Assembly (NCBI GenBank): GCA_051007995.1
Contig: JBPCYB010000079.1
Coordinates: forward strand, 10,622-74,621
Length of the DNA stretch: 64,000 nt
Reading direction: 5' to 3'
Source: Woeseiaceae bacterium
Lineage (GTDB): Bacteria; Pseudomonadota; Gammaproteobacteria; Steroidobacterales; Woeseiaceae
Made by a program: the position numbers and the translations under genes. The notes beneath the pieces are model-generated. The model saw only the letters and a program-made list of their open reading frames with translations. It did no database searches and was not told the DNA's origin. Shown here piece after piece: positions 9,835 through 19,803 of this stretch; position 1 is the stretch's first letter, and each line of letters opens with the position of its first letter.

Positions 9835-10590
9835 TTCGTCGACTTCGTATTTCTCGCCCAGAAAATCTTCGTTGAATGCGAACAACGTCGTTCCCTCGGG
9901 TGCTTCGATGGCAACAAACGCGCCCTCAAATCCGGGGTACTTTTGATGCGTCAGGCCATGCTTTTCAATGACAGCCATTAAGGCATCTTTGTCATGACAC
10001 TTGAAACACAGCGACGGCGACTCAAGCGCAATACTCTCGGATAAGCCAACCGCAAATCCGCCGGCGTCAAAACGCATATGGGTGGTGGGTTCTTCACGCA
10101 TTTCCAGTATCACTGGTGCAACCGACGCCCAGAATTGAGCTGCATGCACGGTATCGCGAGCCGGCAGAGATAACTCGAACCAGGTTCCGCAAACAGAATC
10201 ATTGTCGAATTCGTCTCCTCCCGTGAATGTGCGTGCTTCGAGCATCGTTATGTTGTGCCCGTCTCGATCGACCAGTCTGATCTCATTGAATGCGTCTTCA
10301 CCGAGCTGCAGGAAACGAAACTCAAAACCATGATCGGTCATGGAACGCGCATGCTTGGCGAGGTCCTGTTGTACAAATGAAATGGCAGGCGCGTCGAATT
10401 CGCGCTCGTGCAAGCCAATGCAAAGTACGCCATCTGTAATGACCGCGTATTTGTGGGGCCAAACGTCACCAATTTCCAGTTCTGAAAAACCGAGGTCTTT
10501 GTAAAAACCAAGTGAGTCAAGGATCTGCGGCGTTCGAACGCTAAACTCAAGGTAGTTGCCAAGACTACTCACCGATTCGACTCCGGCCAA
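9796..10590 (-). CDS. two-domain VOC (glyoxalase/bleomycin-resistance/dioxygenase) family protein
   Basis: 264 aa. The N-terminal region resembles a VOC module (YLEFSVRTPQILDSLGFYKDLGF...). The two-domain call is inferred from length. Weak family-level call. Confidence 0.6.
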   Translation of the reverse strand: MAGVESVSSLGNYLEFSVRTPQILDSLGFYKDLGFSELEIGDVWPHKYAVITDGVLCIGLHEREFDAPAISFVQQDLAKHARSMTDHGFEFRFLQLGEDAFNEIRLVDRDGHNITMLEARTFTGGDEFDNDSVCGTWFELSLPARDTVHAAQFWASVAPVILEMREEPTTHMRFDAGGFAVGLSESIALESPSLCFKCHDKDALMAVIEKHGLTHQKYPGFEGAFVAIEAPEGTTLFAFNEDFLGEKYEVDESDDTSEFQQLTN

Positions 10591-11606
10591 CCCCCAGCAT
10601 TTTTCTGGACCAAATCTGCAAGCATGTTCACATGCCTCTCCTGCGCATTCAGCGCCGGTATGTAACTGAGTATACCGCCACCGGCTTCGACATAAACCTC
10701 AGCGTAGCGAATCGCAATTTCCTCAAGCGTTTCAAGGCAGTCGACAGCGAACCCCGGGCACACGACATCGACGCGTGCAGTATTGTCACGCCCAAGAGAA
10801 GCAAGCACCTCCTCGGTATACGGTTGCAACCATTCCTCACGCCCAACGCGGGATTGAAAGGCGACGCTCCAGTCGCCCTCGGCAAGTTCTAAAGACTCAG
10901 CAATCAGGCGCGCCGTCTTCAGACACTGGCAATGGTAGGGGTCGCCCTTTAGCAAAGTACTCTTTGGAACACCGTGAAAGGAGAAGAGCAGAGTGTCGCC
11001 GCGACCGTTCTGCGACCAATGTTGGCGGATGTTTTCAGCGTGTGCCTGCACAAACATCGAGTCATCGTGATACTGGTTGATATAACGCATTTCGGGAATC
11101 CAGCGCCGTTGCATTAGATCGGCGGCGATGGCGTCGAATACAGCTGCTGTCGTCGTACCTGAATATTGTGGGTAAAGCGGTAGGACGATCACTCTGCGTG
11201 CGCCTGCCGCATCGAGTTTGTCCAGGCCGGACTCGATCGACGGATTGCCGTAAGTCATCGCCAGCTCTACAGGAATATCCGTCTCCAGGTTCGTCGATAA
11301 TTGCGTCTGAATTCCTGCCGCGAGGTCTTGTGAGTGAAAGAGCAGCGGAGAACCGCGCTCGGTCCAGACTTGTTGATACGCATGCGCCGATTTCGATGGG
11401 CGGATCAAGAGGATGATACCGTTGAGAATCAGCCACCACAGCAAGCGCGGATATTCGACAACGCGACGATCCCAAAGAAACTGTTTGAGGTATCGCCGCA
11501 CGGCGCCTGTTGTCGGCGCGTCCGGCGTGCCAAGATTAACAACCAGCACACCCATCCTGGCTGGCGTTCCGTGTTCGTAATCAGGTGTGGATTTAAAGGT
11601 TGGCAT
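10569..11606 (-). CDS. hemH: ferrochelatase
   Basis: 345 aa. GVLVVNLGTPDAP, VLPLYPQYSGTTT, FSFHGVP. Confidence 0.93.
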   Translation of the reverse strand: MPTFKSTPDYEHGTPARMGVLVVNLGTPDAPTTGAVRRYLKQFLWDRRVVEYPRLLWWLILNGIILLIRPSKSAHAYQQVWTERGSPLLFHSQDLAAGIQTQLSTNLETDIPVELAMTYGNPSIESGLDKLDAAGARRVIVLPLYPQYSGTTTAAVFDAIAADLMQRRWIPEMRYINQYHDDSMFVQAHAENIRQHWSQNGRGDTLLFSFHGVPKSTLLKGDPYHCQCLKTARLIAESLELAEGDWSVAFQSRVGREEWLQPYTEEVLASLGRDNTARVDVVCPGFAVDCLETLEEIAIRYAEVYVEAGGGILSYIPALNAQERHVNMLADLVQKNAGGWPESNR

Positions 11607-11709
11607 GGTCCAGAGAAACCGATGTCAGTCGGCGCTACAGTAAACGAAAGGTCGTTCCTGCGCCAGCGAGTAGCGCTATAATTGATTGTCTTGATTACAA
11701 AAAATTCGT

Positions 11710-12153
11710 GTGAATAGACCAATGCAAATGTCCGCCGAAGAACACCACGCCCATTCACCACAATGGATTCTGTTTCGTGACCTTGCCGTCTTACAGGTCA
11801 AGCTAATCGTCGACGGATTTCGTGACATCCTGTTGTTGCCCGCATCAATTGTTGCCGCAATTGTGAGTTTTTCTCGCAGCGAAGACGGCGTGCCAGGCCC
11901 AGAATTCTATAAGCTGTTGGCCCTCGGCAAGCAAAGCGAGAGTTGGATTAACTTATTTGGGGCACTGAAGAACGCGCCTGAGAGCGTCGATCAGTCGAAT
12001 GAGTTTGGCGACGTCGATATCGACTCTATCGTCACAAAAGTAGAAACCTTCGTGGTAGCGGAGTACAAGCGCGGTGGTGTAACCGCTCAAGCCAAATCGA
12101 GAATCGATGAAGCGCTTAAGACAATGCGCGAAAAGAAACAAGCAAAAGAATAA
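11710..12153 (+). CDS. hypothetical membrane-associated protein
   Basis: 147-aa ORF with one hydrophobic segment (ILLLPASIVAAIVSF). No recognisable motif. Confidence 0.45.
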   Translation: MNRPMQMSAEEHHAHSPQWILFRDLAVLQVKLIVDGFRDILLLPASIVAAIVSFSRSEDGVPGPEFYKLLALGKQSESWINLFGALKNAPESVDQSNEFGDVDIDSIVTKVETFVVAEYKRGGVTAQAKSRIDEALKTMREKKQAKE

Positions 12154-12156
12154 GAG

Positions 12157-13866
12157 TCAGTCTTTCTGTACGTCTCTGCCCGACAACAAGTCGTCGATAC
12201 TCGGTGGGGGATGATCCGGCCCCATACGCCCGGACTTTAGACGGCTGATATATTCTTTGTACGCACGCATTGCCTGATAGCCTAATAGCCAGCAGATTGG
12301 AATATTGGCGAGCACCATTACACCGGTGCCAATACCTGTAACGTTATCGAGGTCGGTGTCGGTCTTAACAAATCCAAGTGTTGCAATGATGATCAACGCG
12401 CAGTAGACGATCTTGTAGCCGAGCACGGATTTCTCGCCGGCGAGATAAACCATGCCTTGTTCGCCGTAGTAGCTCCAAGAGATCATGGTTGAAATTGCAA
12501 ACAGCCATGCGGCGATTGAAACGAGCCACTTGCCGAGCCCGGGCGTTACACTGTCAAACGCTTTGGCTGTCAGCGTTGCGCCGATGAAATTCTGGTAAAA
12601 ACCATTGCCGACGATCGTGGGTTCAATTTCGCTAGGCAGTGCCGCCCAGTTGATCGTGTACGCATTTTCGCCGCGCGTAATAATGGTGCCTTCAATTTTG
12701 TGTCGGTTAAAACCGTCTGCGCGTTCGTCTGCGGTGACGATCATCGTTACTTTGTCGCCTTCGCTCCAGTCTTCGCCACTTATTTGATAGTCAGCATACT
12801 GCCAGCCAATCTTGCTGACCTTGGCCGTCGGCGCATCATCGAAAATAATATCCGGTGCACGATTCCAGATGCCGGTCGACAGGATGATCAACGCGGTAAA
12901 TGTGCAAACGACAATTGTGTCGATGAAAGGCTCAAGCCCGGCGACGATGCCTTCACGTGCTGGTTCGTCGGTCTTCGCTGCCGAATGTGCAATCGGCGAC
13001 GAGCCCTGGCCGGCCTCGTTCGAAAACACGGCGCGCTTGAGTCCAAACAGAAATGCGGATGCAGCCGTACCGCCGATAAACGCGCCGGTCGCTTCTGTCG
13101 GCGCGACGGCCGACTTGATGATGAGCGCGAACATGGCCGGAATTTCCGCGAAATTCAGCGTCAATACGTAGGTGCCAGCGAGCAGATACAGAACGACCAT
13201 GAAAGGGACGAGTGTGCCCGCCACCTTGCCGATGCGTTTGATGCCGCCGATGATCACGGAACCGACGATGATGGCGAGCACGATGCCGGTAATCCAACTA
13301 GGTACCGAGAAATATTCCTGGGTCAACTCACCAACGTTCCATGCCTGGAACATATTTCCGCCCGTCGCAGTCGACATCAATAACGTCACGCAAAAGATGA
13401 CGGCGATCGCTTTGCCAAGGCCAGCCATGCCGCGTTTTTCCATGGCTTTTGAAACAACCCACATTGGACCGCCATGCGGATTGTCGGGGTCGTCGGTATT
13501 GCGATACAGCATCGACAATGTGACTTCGGTCAACTTGATGCCCATACCTAAGAAGCCAATGATCCACATCCAGAACACGGCACCCGGGCCGCCGAGCGCA
13601 ATTGCGAGGGCGACGCCGCCGATGTTGCCCAGGCCAACGGTTGCCGACAATGCGGCAGACAGAGCCTGAAAGTGATTGATCGCGCCAGGGTCATCGGGGT
13701 CATCGTAAACGCCGCGAATGACGGACGGTCCATGAGTTAATGCGCGGTACTGAGAAAAACCACTCCATAGCGTAAACAAAACGCCCGTGCCGACGATGCC
13801 GTACAGCACGTAGTCATGCCACAAAATGCTATTGATGAATGACAGCGTGGCGCTGAATTCACCCAC
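12157..13866 (-). CDS. alanine/glycine:cation symporter (AGCS) family transporter with an inserted soluble domain
   Basis: 569 aa. AGCS-type motifs FQALSAALSATVGLGNIGGVALAI and FSNEAGQGSSPIAHSAAKT. GTG start 1 nt after the thiolase stop. Confidence 0.88.
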   Translation of the reverse strand: MGEFSATLSFINSILWHDYVLYGIVGTGVLFTLWSGFSQYRALTHGPSVIRGVYDDPDDPGAINHFQALSAALSATVGLGNIGGVALAIALGGPGAVFWMWIIGFLGMGIKLTEVTLSMLYRNTDDPDNPHGGPMWVVSKAMEKRGMAGLGKAIAVIFCVTLLMSTATGGNMFQAWNVGELTQEYFSVPSWITGIVLAIIVGSVIIGGIKRIGKVAGTLVPFMVVLYLLAGTYVLTLNFAEIPAMFALIIKSAVAPTEATGAFIGGTAASAFLFGLKRAVFSNEAGQGSSPIAHSAAKTDEPAREGIVAGLEPFIDTIVVCTFTALIILSTGIWNRAPDIIFDDAPTAKVSKIGWQYADYQISGEDWSEGDKVTMIVTADERADGFNRHKIEGTIITRGENAYTINWAALPSEIEPTIVGNGFYQNFIGATLTAKAFDSVTPGLGKWLVSIAAWLFAISTMISWSYYGEQGMVYLAGEKSVLGYKIVYCALIIIATLGFVKTDTDLDNVTGIGTGVMVLANIPICWLLGYQAMRAYKEYISRLKSGRMGPDHPPPSIDDLLSGRDVQKD

Positions 13867-13867
13867 C

Positions 13868-15154
13868 TCAGGTAGCGTCCATTATGGCCGTGACGCCCAT
13901 TCCGCCCGCTGTACAAACGGAGATCAAGCCGCGACCAGAACCTTTTTCGCTGAGGAGTTTGGCCATCGTGCCTACGATGCGTGCGCCGGTCGCTGCAAAT
14001 GGATGGCCCATGGCGAGACTACCGCCTTTGACGTTGAGTTTTGTGAGATCGATCGGACCCAACGGCTGGTTGCGACCGAGTTTGTCGCGGCAAAAACTCT
14101 CGGATTGCCACGCTTTGAGTGTGGCCACTGTCTGTGCTGCAAATGCTTCGTGGATCTCGTAGAAATCAAAGTCCTGTAATCTCAAGCCGGCGTCTCTGAG
14201 CATTTCGGAAACCGCATATGCCGGCGCCATCAACAACCCTTCGTCGTCCACAAAATTGACGGCAGCAACTTTCACGTAGCTCAGGTAAGCGGATATCGGC
14301 AGGTTTTTAAGATTTGCCCAGTCCTCCGATGCGAGCAACACGGCCGCAGCGCCGTCGGTCAACGGCGTGCTGTTACCAGCCGTCAATGTTGCTTCCCCGT
14401 CCTTCGAAAAAACCGGCTTTAGCGTCTGCAATTTTTCAAAAGTCGAGTCGCGACGAATGTTGTTATCTTCTTCGCAATCAAGAAACGGAATGACGAGGTC
14501 GTCATACCAGCCCGCATCATAGGCGTGTGCAGCCTTTACGTGACTCGCCAGCGCCAGCTGATCCTGATGTTCGCGTTGCACGTCCCACTCGCGCGCGATC
14601 AGCTCGGTACTTTCGCCCATTGATAGTCCGGTGCGTGGTTCAGTGACGCCAGGCAGCTCGGGTTTGAAGTGCTTCGGGCGCAATCGAAACCAGGGCGTAA
14701 TTCGTTGTGCAAAAGAGCGCGCCCTTGCGGCTTCGAGCAGGATTCGCCGGTAGCTGTCAGGATAGACGATAGGTGCATCGCTGATTGAATCGACCCCGCC
14801 CGCGATGCCTGATTCGATCTGTCCAAGGGCAATCTTGTTCGCGATCATCGCACAGGCTTCGAGACTCGTACCGCAGGCACGTTGCAGGTCAACGCCGGGT
14901 GTTTTCGGCGACAAACCGGCATCCATCAGTGATTCGCGTGCCAGGTTCCAGTCCCGCGAATGCTTGATAACCGCACCCAGCGCAACGTCACCGAGTGTCT
15001 GTCCCTTCAGATCGTACTTGTTTACCAGGCCCGACAGCGCAGCGGCCATCAATTCCTGATTCGAGCAATCTCGATAAATCGAGTGCGCGCGGCAGAAAGG
15101 AATTCGGGAACCACCAACAACAGCAACTCTATTAGATCGACCATCATGCAGCAT
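13868..15154 (-). CDS. acetyl-CoA C-acyltransferase (thiolase, FadI-like)
   Basis: Start taken at ATG 15154 (MLHDGRSNRVAVVGGSRIPF), preceded by GGAGA. Active-site Cys region QRACGTSLEA and C-terminal CTAGGMG. Confidence 0.9.
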   Translation of the reverse strand: MLHDGRSNRVAVVGGSRIPFCRAHSIYRDCSNQELMAAALSGLVNKYDLKGQTLGDVALGAVIKHSRDWNLARESLMDAGLSPKTPGVDLQRACGTSLEACAMIANKIALGQIESGIAGGVDSISDAPIVYPDSYRRILLEAARARSFAQRITPWFRLRPKHFKPELPGVTEPRTGLSMGESTELIAREWDVQREHQDQLALASHVKAAHAYDAGWYDDLVIPFLDCEEDNNIRRDSTFEKLQTLKPVFSKDGEATLTAGNSTPLTDGAAAVLLASEDWANLKNLPISAYLSYVKVAAVNFVDDEGLLMAPAYAVSEMLRDAGLRLQDFDFYEIHEAFAAQTVATLKAWQSESFCRDKLGRNQPLGPIDLTKLNVKGGSLAMGHPFAATGARIVGTMAKLLSEKGSGRGLISVCTAGGMGVTAIMDAT

Positions 15155-15211
15155 GCTTGTCTCCGTACAAGATTTACGCGAGTGCAACTTTACACCATTC
15201 CGGCAAATAAC

Positions 15212-16603
15212 ATGAGTACGCCAGCCGCAAGAATGCGGTATCTTGCGCGAATGTTAAGACACGGAAATTGGCGAAAAGAGATGCGTGGGCTGTTTGGGCT
15301 CGCCGGGCCGCTTATCGTCAATAATTTGTCGATTGCCGGCATTCACTTTGCTGACGCCGTGATGGCGGGTCGCCTTGGCGCCGAAACACTCGCGGCCGTA
15401 GCGGTGGGCGGTAGTATCTGGTTCTTCGGCTTTACCATATGTCTGGGTACCCTGATGGCGATTTCACCGATAGCGGCACGTCACAATGGTGCGGGCAACC
15501 CCGAGATGATCGGTCGATACACGCGACAAGGCATCTATCTTGGAGTCATAGTCGCAATCGCGATTATCATTGTTTTTCGTTTAGGCGTTGATTCAGCGCT
15601 AGCAGCGATCGGCATCGACCCCGGATTTCGTGAGCTGACCCGAGGCTACGTACTCGCCCTCGTAATGGGCGCGCCGGCAATTTTCGTCTTTTTGGCTTTA
15701 CGTTTTACGACAGAAGGCATCGGCGAGACACGGCCGATCATGTATGTGTCGGCGGGCTCTTTGGTCATGAACGTTTTCCTGAACTGGGTGTTCATGTTCG
15801 GCAATCTGGGTGCGCCCGCATTAGGTGCAGTTGGTTGTGGCATTGCGAGCGCGTTGACTATGTGGCTAATGATGATTGGCCTTGCTATTTATATGATGCG
15901 CGCCAAGAAATATGCGCCGCTGAAAATATTTGCACGCGTCGGCAAACTTCGCTTCGATGCGCTCAAAGAAATTCTGCAACTCGGAGTTCCGATTGCCGTG
16001 ATGATTACGGCGGAGGCGGGATTATTTAACGCAGTATCCATATTGATGGGAACGCGCGGCGCGGCAATCGCGGCGGCCCACCAGGTCGCAATCAATTTCG
16101 CGATGACAGCATTCATGATTCCATTGGCGCTTAGCGCGGCGATCACTGTTCGTGTAGGCCATGCACTAGGCGCAGGCAGGCCAGAGGAGGCACGCTATAG
16201 CGGTGCCTTCGGCATTGCGGCGTGCGCAGCATTCATGACGTTTTCGGCGGCAATGATGCTGCTGTTTCGGGATGCGGTTGTCACGCTCTATACCAATGAC
16301 CCGGCCGTGACGAGTATTGCGATCAGCTTGTTGCTGGCAGCCGCAATTTTTCAAATTGGCGATGGCGTACAAATCGGCGCTGCTGGTGCGCTGCGCGGCT
16401 ATAAAGACACACGCTACCCTATGGCCATCAATATATTCTCGTTCTGGGTGCTGGCCTTTCCTTTGGCCTACATGGCGGCCGTAACATACAAAGTTGCGCC
16501 CGTTTACACCTGGGGCGCATTCATTGTTGGCCTATCCGTGGCAGCTTTTCTCTTGACCTGGCGCTTTATCCGCTTGTCGAAGGCACAGCCTAACCCGGCT
16601 TGA
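15212..16603 (+). CDS. MATE family multidrug efflux transporter (NorM-like)
   Basis: Start taken at ATG 15212 (MSTPAARM...). 12-TM MATE pattern (GLAGPLIVNNLS...; second half LQLGVPIAVMI...). Confidence 0.88.
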   Translation: MSTPAARMRYLARMLRHGNWRKEMRGLFGLAGPLIVNNLSIAGIHFADAVMAGRLGAETLAAVAVGGSIWFFGFTICLGTLMAISPIAARHNGAGNPEMIGRYTRQGIYLGVIVAIAIIIVFRLGVDSALAAIGIDPGFRELTRGYVLALVMGAPAIFVFLALRFTTEGIGETRPIMYVSAGSLVMNVFLNWVFMFGNLGAPALGAVGCGIASALTMWLMMIGLAIYMMRAKKYAPLKIFARVGKLRFDALKEILQLGVPIAVMITAEAGLFNAVSILMGTRGAAIAAAHQVAINFAMTAFMIPLALSAAITVRVGHALGAGRPEEARYSGAFGIAACAAFMTFSAAMMLLFRDAVVTLYTNDPAVTSIAISLLLAAAIFQIGDGVQIGAAGALRGYKDTRYPMAINIFSFWVLAFPLAYMAAVTYKVAPVYTWGAFIVGLSVAAFLLTWRFIRLSKAQPNPA

Positions 16604-18050
16604 TGTTCGCATTGAGACGGAACAGGTTGTCGGGGTCGTACTTGTTCTTTAGCTCAACTAGTCGTGGATAATTCGCGCCAAAGTTGCCCCAGGTTTTCTG
16701 TTCCGAATCTTCGTTGAGATTCGTATAGAAACCTGCAAAGTGCGGCTCCATCGCTTTGTAATATTCGCGCACGGCGATTCTGCCGGCATCGTTCATCGAC
16801 GGATCACGACTTGCATACATGATGCCGAAGTTGAACGCGACATCGCGATGCACAAATGCGGTAGCGTCAGGCGCTATGCGACTGCTGGCTCCACCCATAT
16901 GCTGAAACCACGACCAGGTTGGCTTACCCTCCCAAACGTAATGCAGCATGATTTCGATGACCTCCGGTGTTAGCTCCTTGAGAAAACTGGATTTCAAATA
17001 CGCCTGCAGACCGTGCGCAGTCATAGCATCGGCGCTGGTTTGGATCTGCTTGTAAGGAAACGGTGCGAACTCACCACGGATCAGCCCGGGGAATGCAAGC
17101 ATAGGCGCCAACACTTTCTCGCCGGTGGCATGGTCGCCATTCCAAACGACTTCGATCAACATGACCGGTTTGCCGTCCTCGCCCGGAACGAATTGCGGTT
17201 CGATATTTGCTTCGTCCGGCATCGTTTCATGGAGTTCCGCGTAAAACTCGAGAGACTCGGCGGTTGCTTCGTAAAAAATCGTCCCGCCGTAAACAGTCGG
17301 ATTAAAGGAATGCAACTGATAGACAAACTCGGTCACCACGCCAAAATTGCCACCTCCACCGCGCAGACCCCAGAACAGGTCGGGGTTCTCTTCGGCGCTT
17401 GCTTGCAGCACGTCGCCACTGGCCGTGACGACTGTTGCAGCCAACAGATTATCCACCGCGAGACCGGTGCTGCGGTCAGTCCGCCCAACGCCGCCGCCGA
17501 GCGTGAAACCGCCAACACCGGTGTGAGACACAATGCCCGTGGTTGTAATCGTATTCCGTGCTGAAGATGCCGTGTCCAAATGCCCTAGCAAGCTACCGCC
17601 GTCGGCTCGCATCCGCATCGCATCGGTGTCGACGTCTACCGATTGCATTCTCGACAGATCGATCATTAATCCGCCATCGGATGTCGATTTGCCCGGCATA
17701 CTATGACCGCCGCATTTGACCGATAGCAACAGATCTTGATCGCGTGCGAAATTTACGGCGCTGACAACATCGTTAGTCGACAAACACTGTACGACCATCG
17801 CAGGTTGTTTATGGTCGAACATACCGTTCCAGACTTGTTTTGCCGCGGCATAACCTTCATCGGACTGGAGGAATACTGTCCCATTCAATTCTGCGGCGAA
17901 TTCTGAAACAACAGCCGACTCAATTGAAAGTTCCCCACCACTGCTCGAAACAGCGGGTATCAGACTGCTCGTGGCGTCCGTTCCGCAGCCAGAAAGTGTC
18001 GCCGCAACAGCGACCGCAAGCGAGTGCTTGCAAAAGCTTCGTCTCTGCAT
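16590..18050 (-). CDS. FAD-linked oxidase (PCMH/BBE-type), probable Tat-exported lipoprotein
   Basis: Start taken at MQRRSFCKHSLAVAVAATLSGCG (twin-Arg plus lipobox). FAD-binding domain (KCGGHSMPG..., GGGNFGVVTEF) and a BBE-like C-terminus (YPRLVELKNKYDPDNLFRLNANI). Confidence 0.82.
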   Translation of the reverse strand: MQRRSFCKHSLAVAVAATLSGCGTDATSSLIPAVSSSGGELSIESAVVSEFAAELNGTVFLQSDEGYAAAKQVWNGMFDHKQPAMVVQCLSTNDVVSAVNFARDQDLLLSVKCGGHSMPGKSTSDGGLMIDLSRMQSVDVDTDAMRMRADGGSLLGHLDTASSARNTITTTGIVSHTGVGGFTLGGGVGRTDRSTGLAVDNLLAATVVTASGDVLQASAEENPDLFWGLRGGGGNFGVVTEFVYQLHSFNPTVYGGTIFYEATAESLEFYAELHETMPDEANIEPQFVPGEDGKPVMLIEVVWNGDHATGEKVLAPMLAFPGLIRGEFAPFPYKQIQTSADAMTAHGLQAYLKSSFLKELTPEVIEIMLHYVWEGKPTWSWFQHMGGASSRIAPDATAFVHRDVAFNFGIMYASRDPSMNDAGRIAVREYYKAMEPHFAGFYTNLNEDSEQKTWGNFGANYPRLVELKNKYDPDNLFRLNANIKPG

Positions 18051-18093
18051 TTCGTTCTCCCCCGTTTTCTGCGGTCTATGCCGCGTCTGGTTC

Positions 18094-18756
18094 TTAGCCC
18101 TGACCGAAGTCCGGTCCGTCATTGGACAGGTATTCGTTCTCCTCAGGTGTGTTTTCACGATTCAGGAGTTTATTGCGATGCGGAAAGCGACCGAATTGAT
18201 TGACGATGTCGCGATGTAGCTCCGCGAACTGAGTCATCGTTTCAAATGTTTCCCGATACGTTGGAGAAACGGCTTCGGCCAATTTCGCAAACAATTCAAC
18301 CGATTTGGCCTGAACTTTCGCGGATTCGGCGTGCTGCAGAGGCATATAGAAAAATGCGCGTTGTATCGGCGTAAGGCCCTGGTCCTTTTTTGCCATCGCT
18401 CCTTCGACACACAGCTTCAATGCCGCCTTGTCTTTTGCGAACGCTTCGACGGTGCCGCGAAAAATATTGCGTCGGAACTGATCCAGCAGAAGAATTAATG
18501 CCAGCCGACCGCGCGGCTGATGCGACCAGTGATCGAGTCTGCCTTCTGATGCGCTCTCGACGTCATCGGCAAACTCCTTTTTGCATTCATGGTCGAAGAC
18601 TTCGTCGGAACCAAACCAGACATCCATGCGCTGATCAATCTGTGGCGCCGTCAGCTCCTGCTCTCGAAACCAGAATGAAATGATAGCCTCGATTCGCAAC
18701 TGATCGTCGTCGGTGATCGTCGCATCCACACTTTCACTTAATAATTTGACCGACAT
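18094..18756 (-). CDS. DUF924 family protein
   Basis: LLLDQFRRNIFRG...FFYMPLQHAE...FGRFPHRNKLLNRENTPEE. Start taken at the internal ATG (MSVKLLSES). Confidence 0.75.
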   Translation of the reverse strand: MSVKLLSESVDATITDDDQLRIEAIISFWFREQELTAPQIDQRMDVWFGSDEVFDHECKKEFADDVESASEGRLDHWSHQPRGRLALILLLDQFRRNIFRGTVEAFAKDKAALKLCVEGAMAKKDQGLTPIQRAFFYMPLQHAESAKVQAKSVELFAKLAEAVSPTYRETFETMTQFAELHRDIVNQFGRFPHRNKLLNRENTPEENEYLSNDGPDFGQG

Positions 18757-18851
18757 CAGAGCCCTCTTGCTCACATCACATAGTGCGAACCAGGTCACGA
18801 AATGGGCGCGATAGCCCATCAGTGGCTATGATTCTCAGTAAACTTTAGCAG

Positions 18852-19322
18852 ATGATGATCGGCACCACTGCAAATACGTCTCGGTTTATCCTCGTCGCTC
18901 TGCTGGCTGGCAGCTTGCTGGGTTGTGGCGATCCGCCGACCGAACCCGAAGAGGCAGTCCGCGCATGGGTTGCGACAGGGCATAGCCTGGCTGAGGACAA
19001 GAAACGCCGCGATCTCATGGATATGGTGTCACCCGCGTACAGCGATGCGCGCGGCAATGAACGCGCAGACATTGAGAATTTGTTTCGCTTTTATTTCCTG
19101 CGCGCGAACGGCATTGCATTACTGCCAAAAATCAACGAAGTACGAATTTTTGGCGACTCGGCGGCGGAAATCGATTTGACGGTCGGCATGGCGGCGACCA
19201 ATGATGGTGTTCTTGGGTTCAGTGCGGACGCTTATCATTTTGAATTGGAGCTCGTCCGTGACGGCGACGAGTGGTTGTTAATATCCGGGCGCTGGGGAGA
19301 GGTCGGTGAAGAACTACACTAA
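18852..19322 (+). CDS. hypothetical lipoprotein
   Basis: Lipobox LLAGSLLGCG. 156 aa with no other motif. Confidence 0.6.
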   Translation: MMIGTTANTSRFILVALLAGSLLGCGDPPTEPEEAVRAWVATGHSLAEDKKRRDLMDMVSPAYSDARGNERADIENLFRFYFLRANGIALLPKINEVRIFGDSAAEIDLTVGMAATNDGVLGFSADAYHFELELVRDGDEWLLISGRWGEVGEELH

Positions 19323-19803
19323 ATATATGGCCTGCGTTGCAGCCACAATCTTGCTTGGCGGTTGTGCTGCCATCGCAACCACTATCAGCCAACCGAGCGT
19401 GAGCCTGAACAACGTCGAAATCGGCAGCGTCGATTTTTCCAAACAGACGTTTGTGCTTGGATTCGACGTGAGCAATCCCAACCCGTTCCCGCTGCCGATC
19501 AAATCGGTTAGTTATGGCGTCAAACTTGACAACCAGCGGTTCGCGAGTGGTGAAACAGTTGGGTCAATCACTGTGCCAGCGAATAGTGACAGCCAATTTG
19601 CAATCAGCGTGGATCTCGATCTGTTGCGCACTGCGCCACAACTTCTTTACACATTGCGTGATGGCGTTACGAACGGATTGTCGTACGAGTTAAACGGTAA
19701 GCTGGGGATCGATATTCCACTTGTCGATCCAATTGCATTCAAGACCAGTGGTGAAATCCGCGTTGGCACGGGCGACATCCACAGTCACAATGGCAAGCGC
19801 TAG
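19306..19803 (+). CDS. LEA type-2 / WHy-domain lipoprotein
   Basis: Lipobox ILLGGCA, and SVSLNNVEIGSVDFSKQTFVLGFDVSNPNPFPLPIKSVSYGVKLDNQRFASG, typical of LEA_2. Overlaps the upstream lipoprotein gene by 17 nt. Confidence 0.72.
   Translation: MKNYTKYMACVAATILLGGCAAIATTISQPSVSLNNVEIGSVDFSKQTFVLGFDVSNPNPFPLPIKSVSYGVKLDNQRFASGETVGSITVPANSDSQFAISVDLDLLRTAPQLLYTLRDGVTNGLSYELNGKLGIDIPLVDPIAFKTSGEIRVGTGDIHSHNGKR

Noticed and set aside
14960-15211. N-terminal 84-codon extension of the MATE ORF (547-aa version)
   Set aside because: The extension is antisense to the thiolase N-terminus and non-hydrophobic. The MATE fold begins after ATG 15212.
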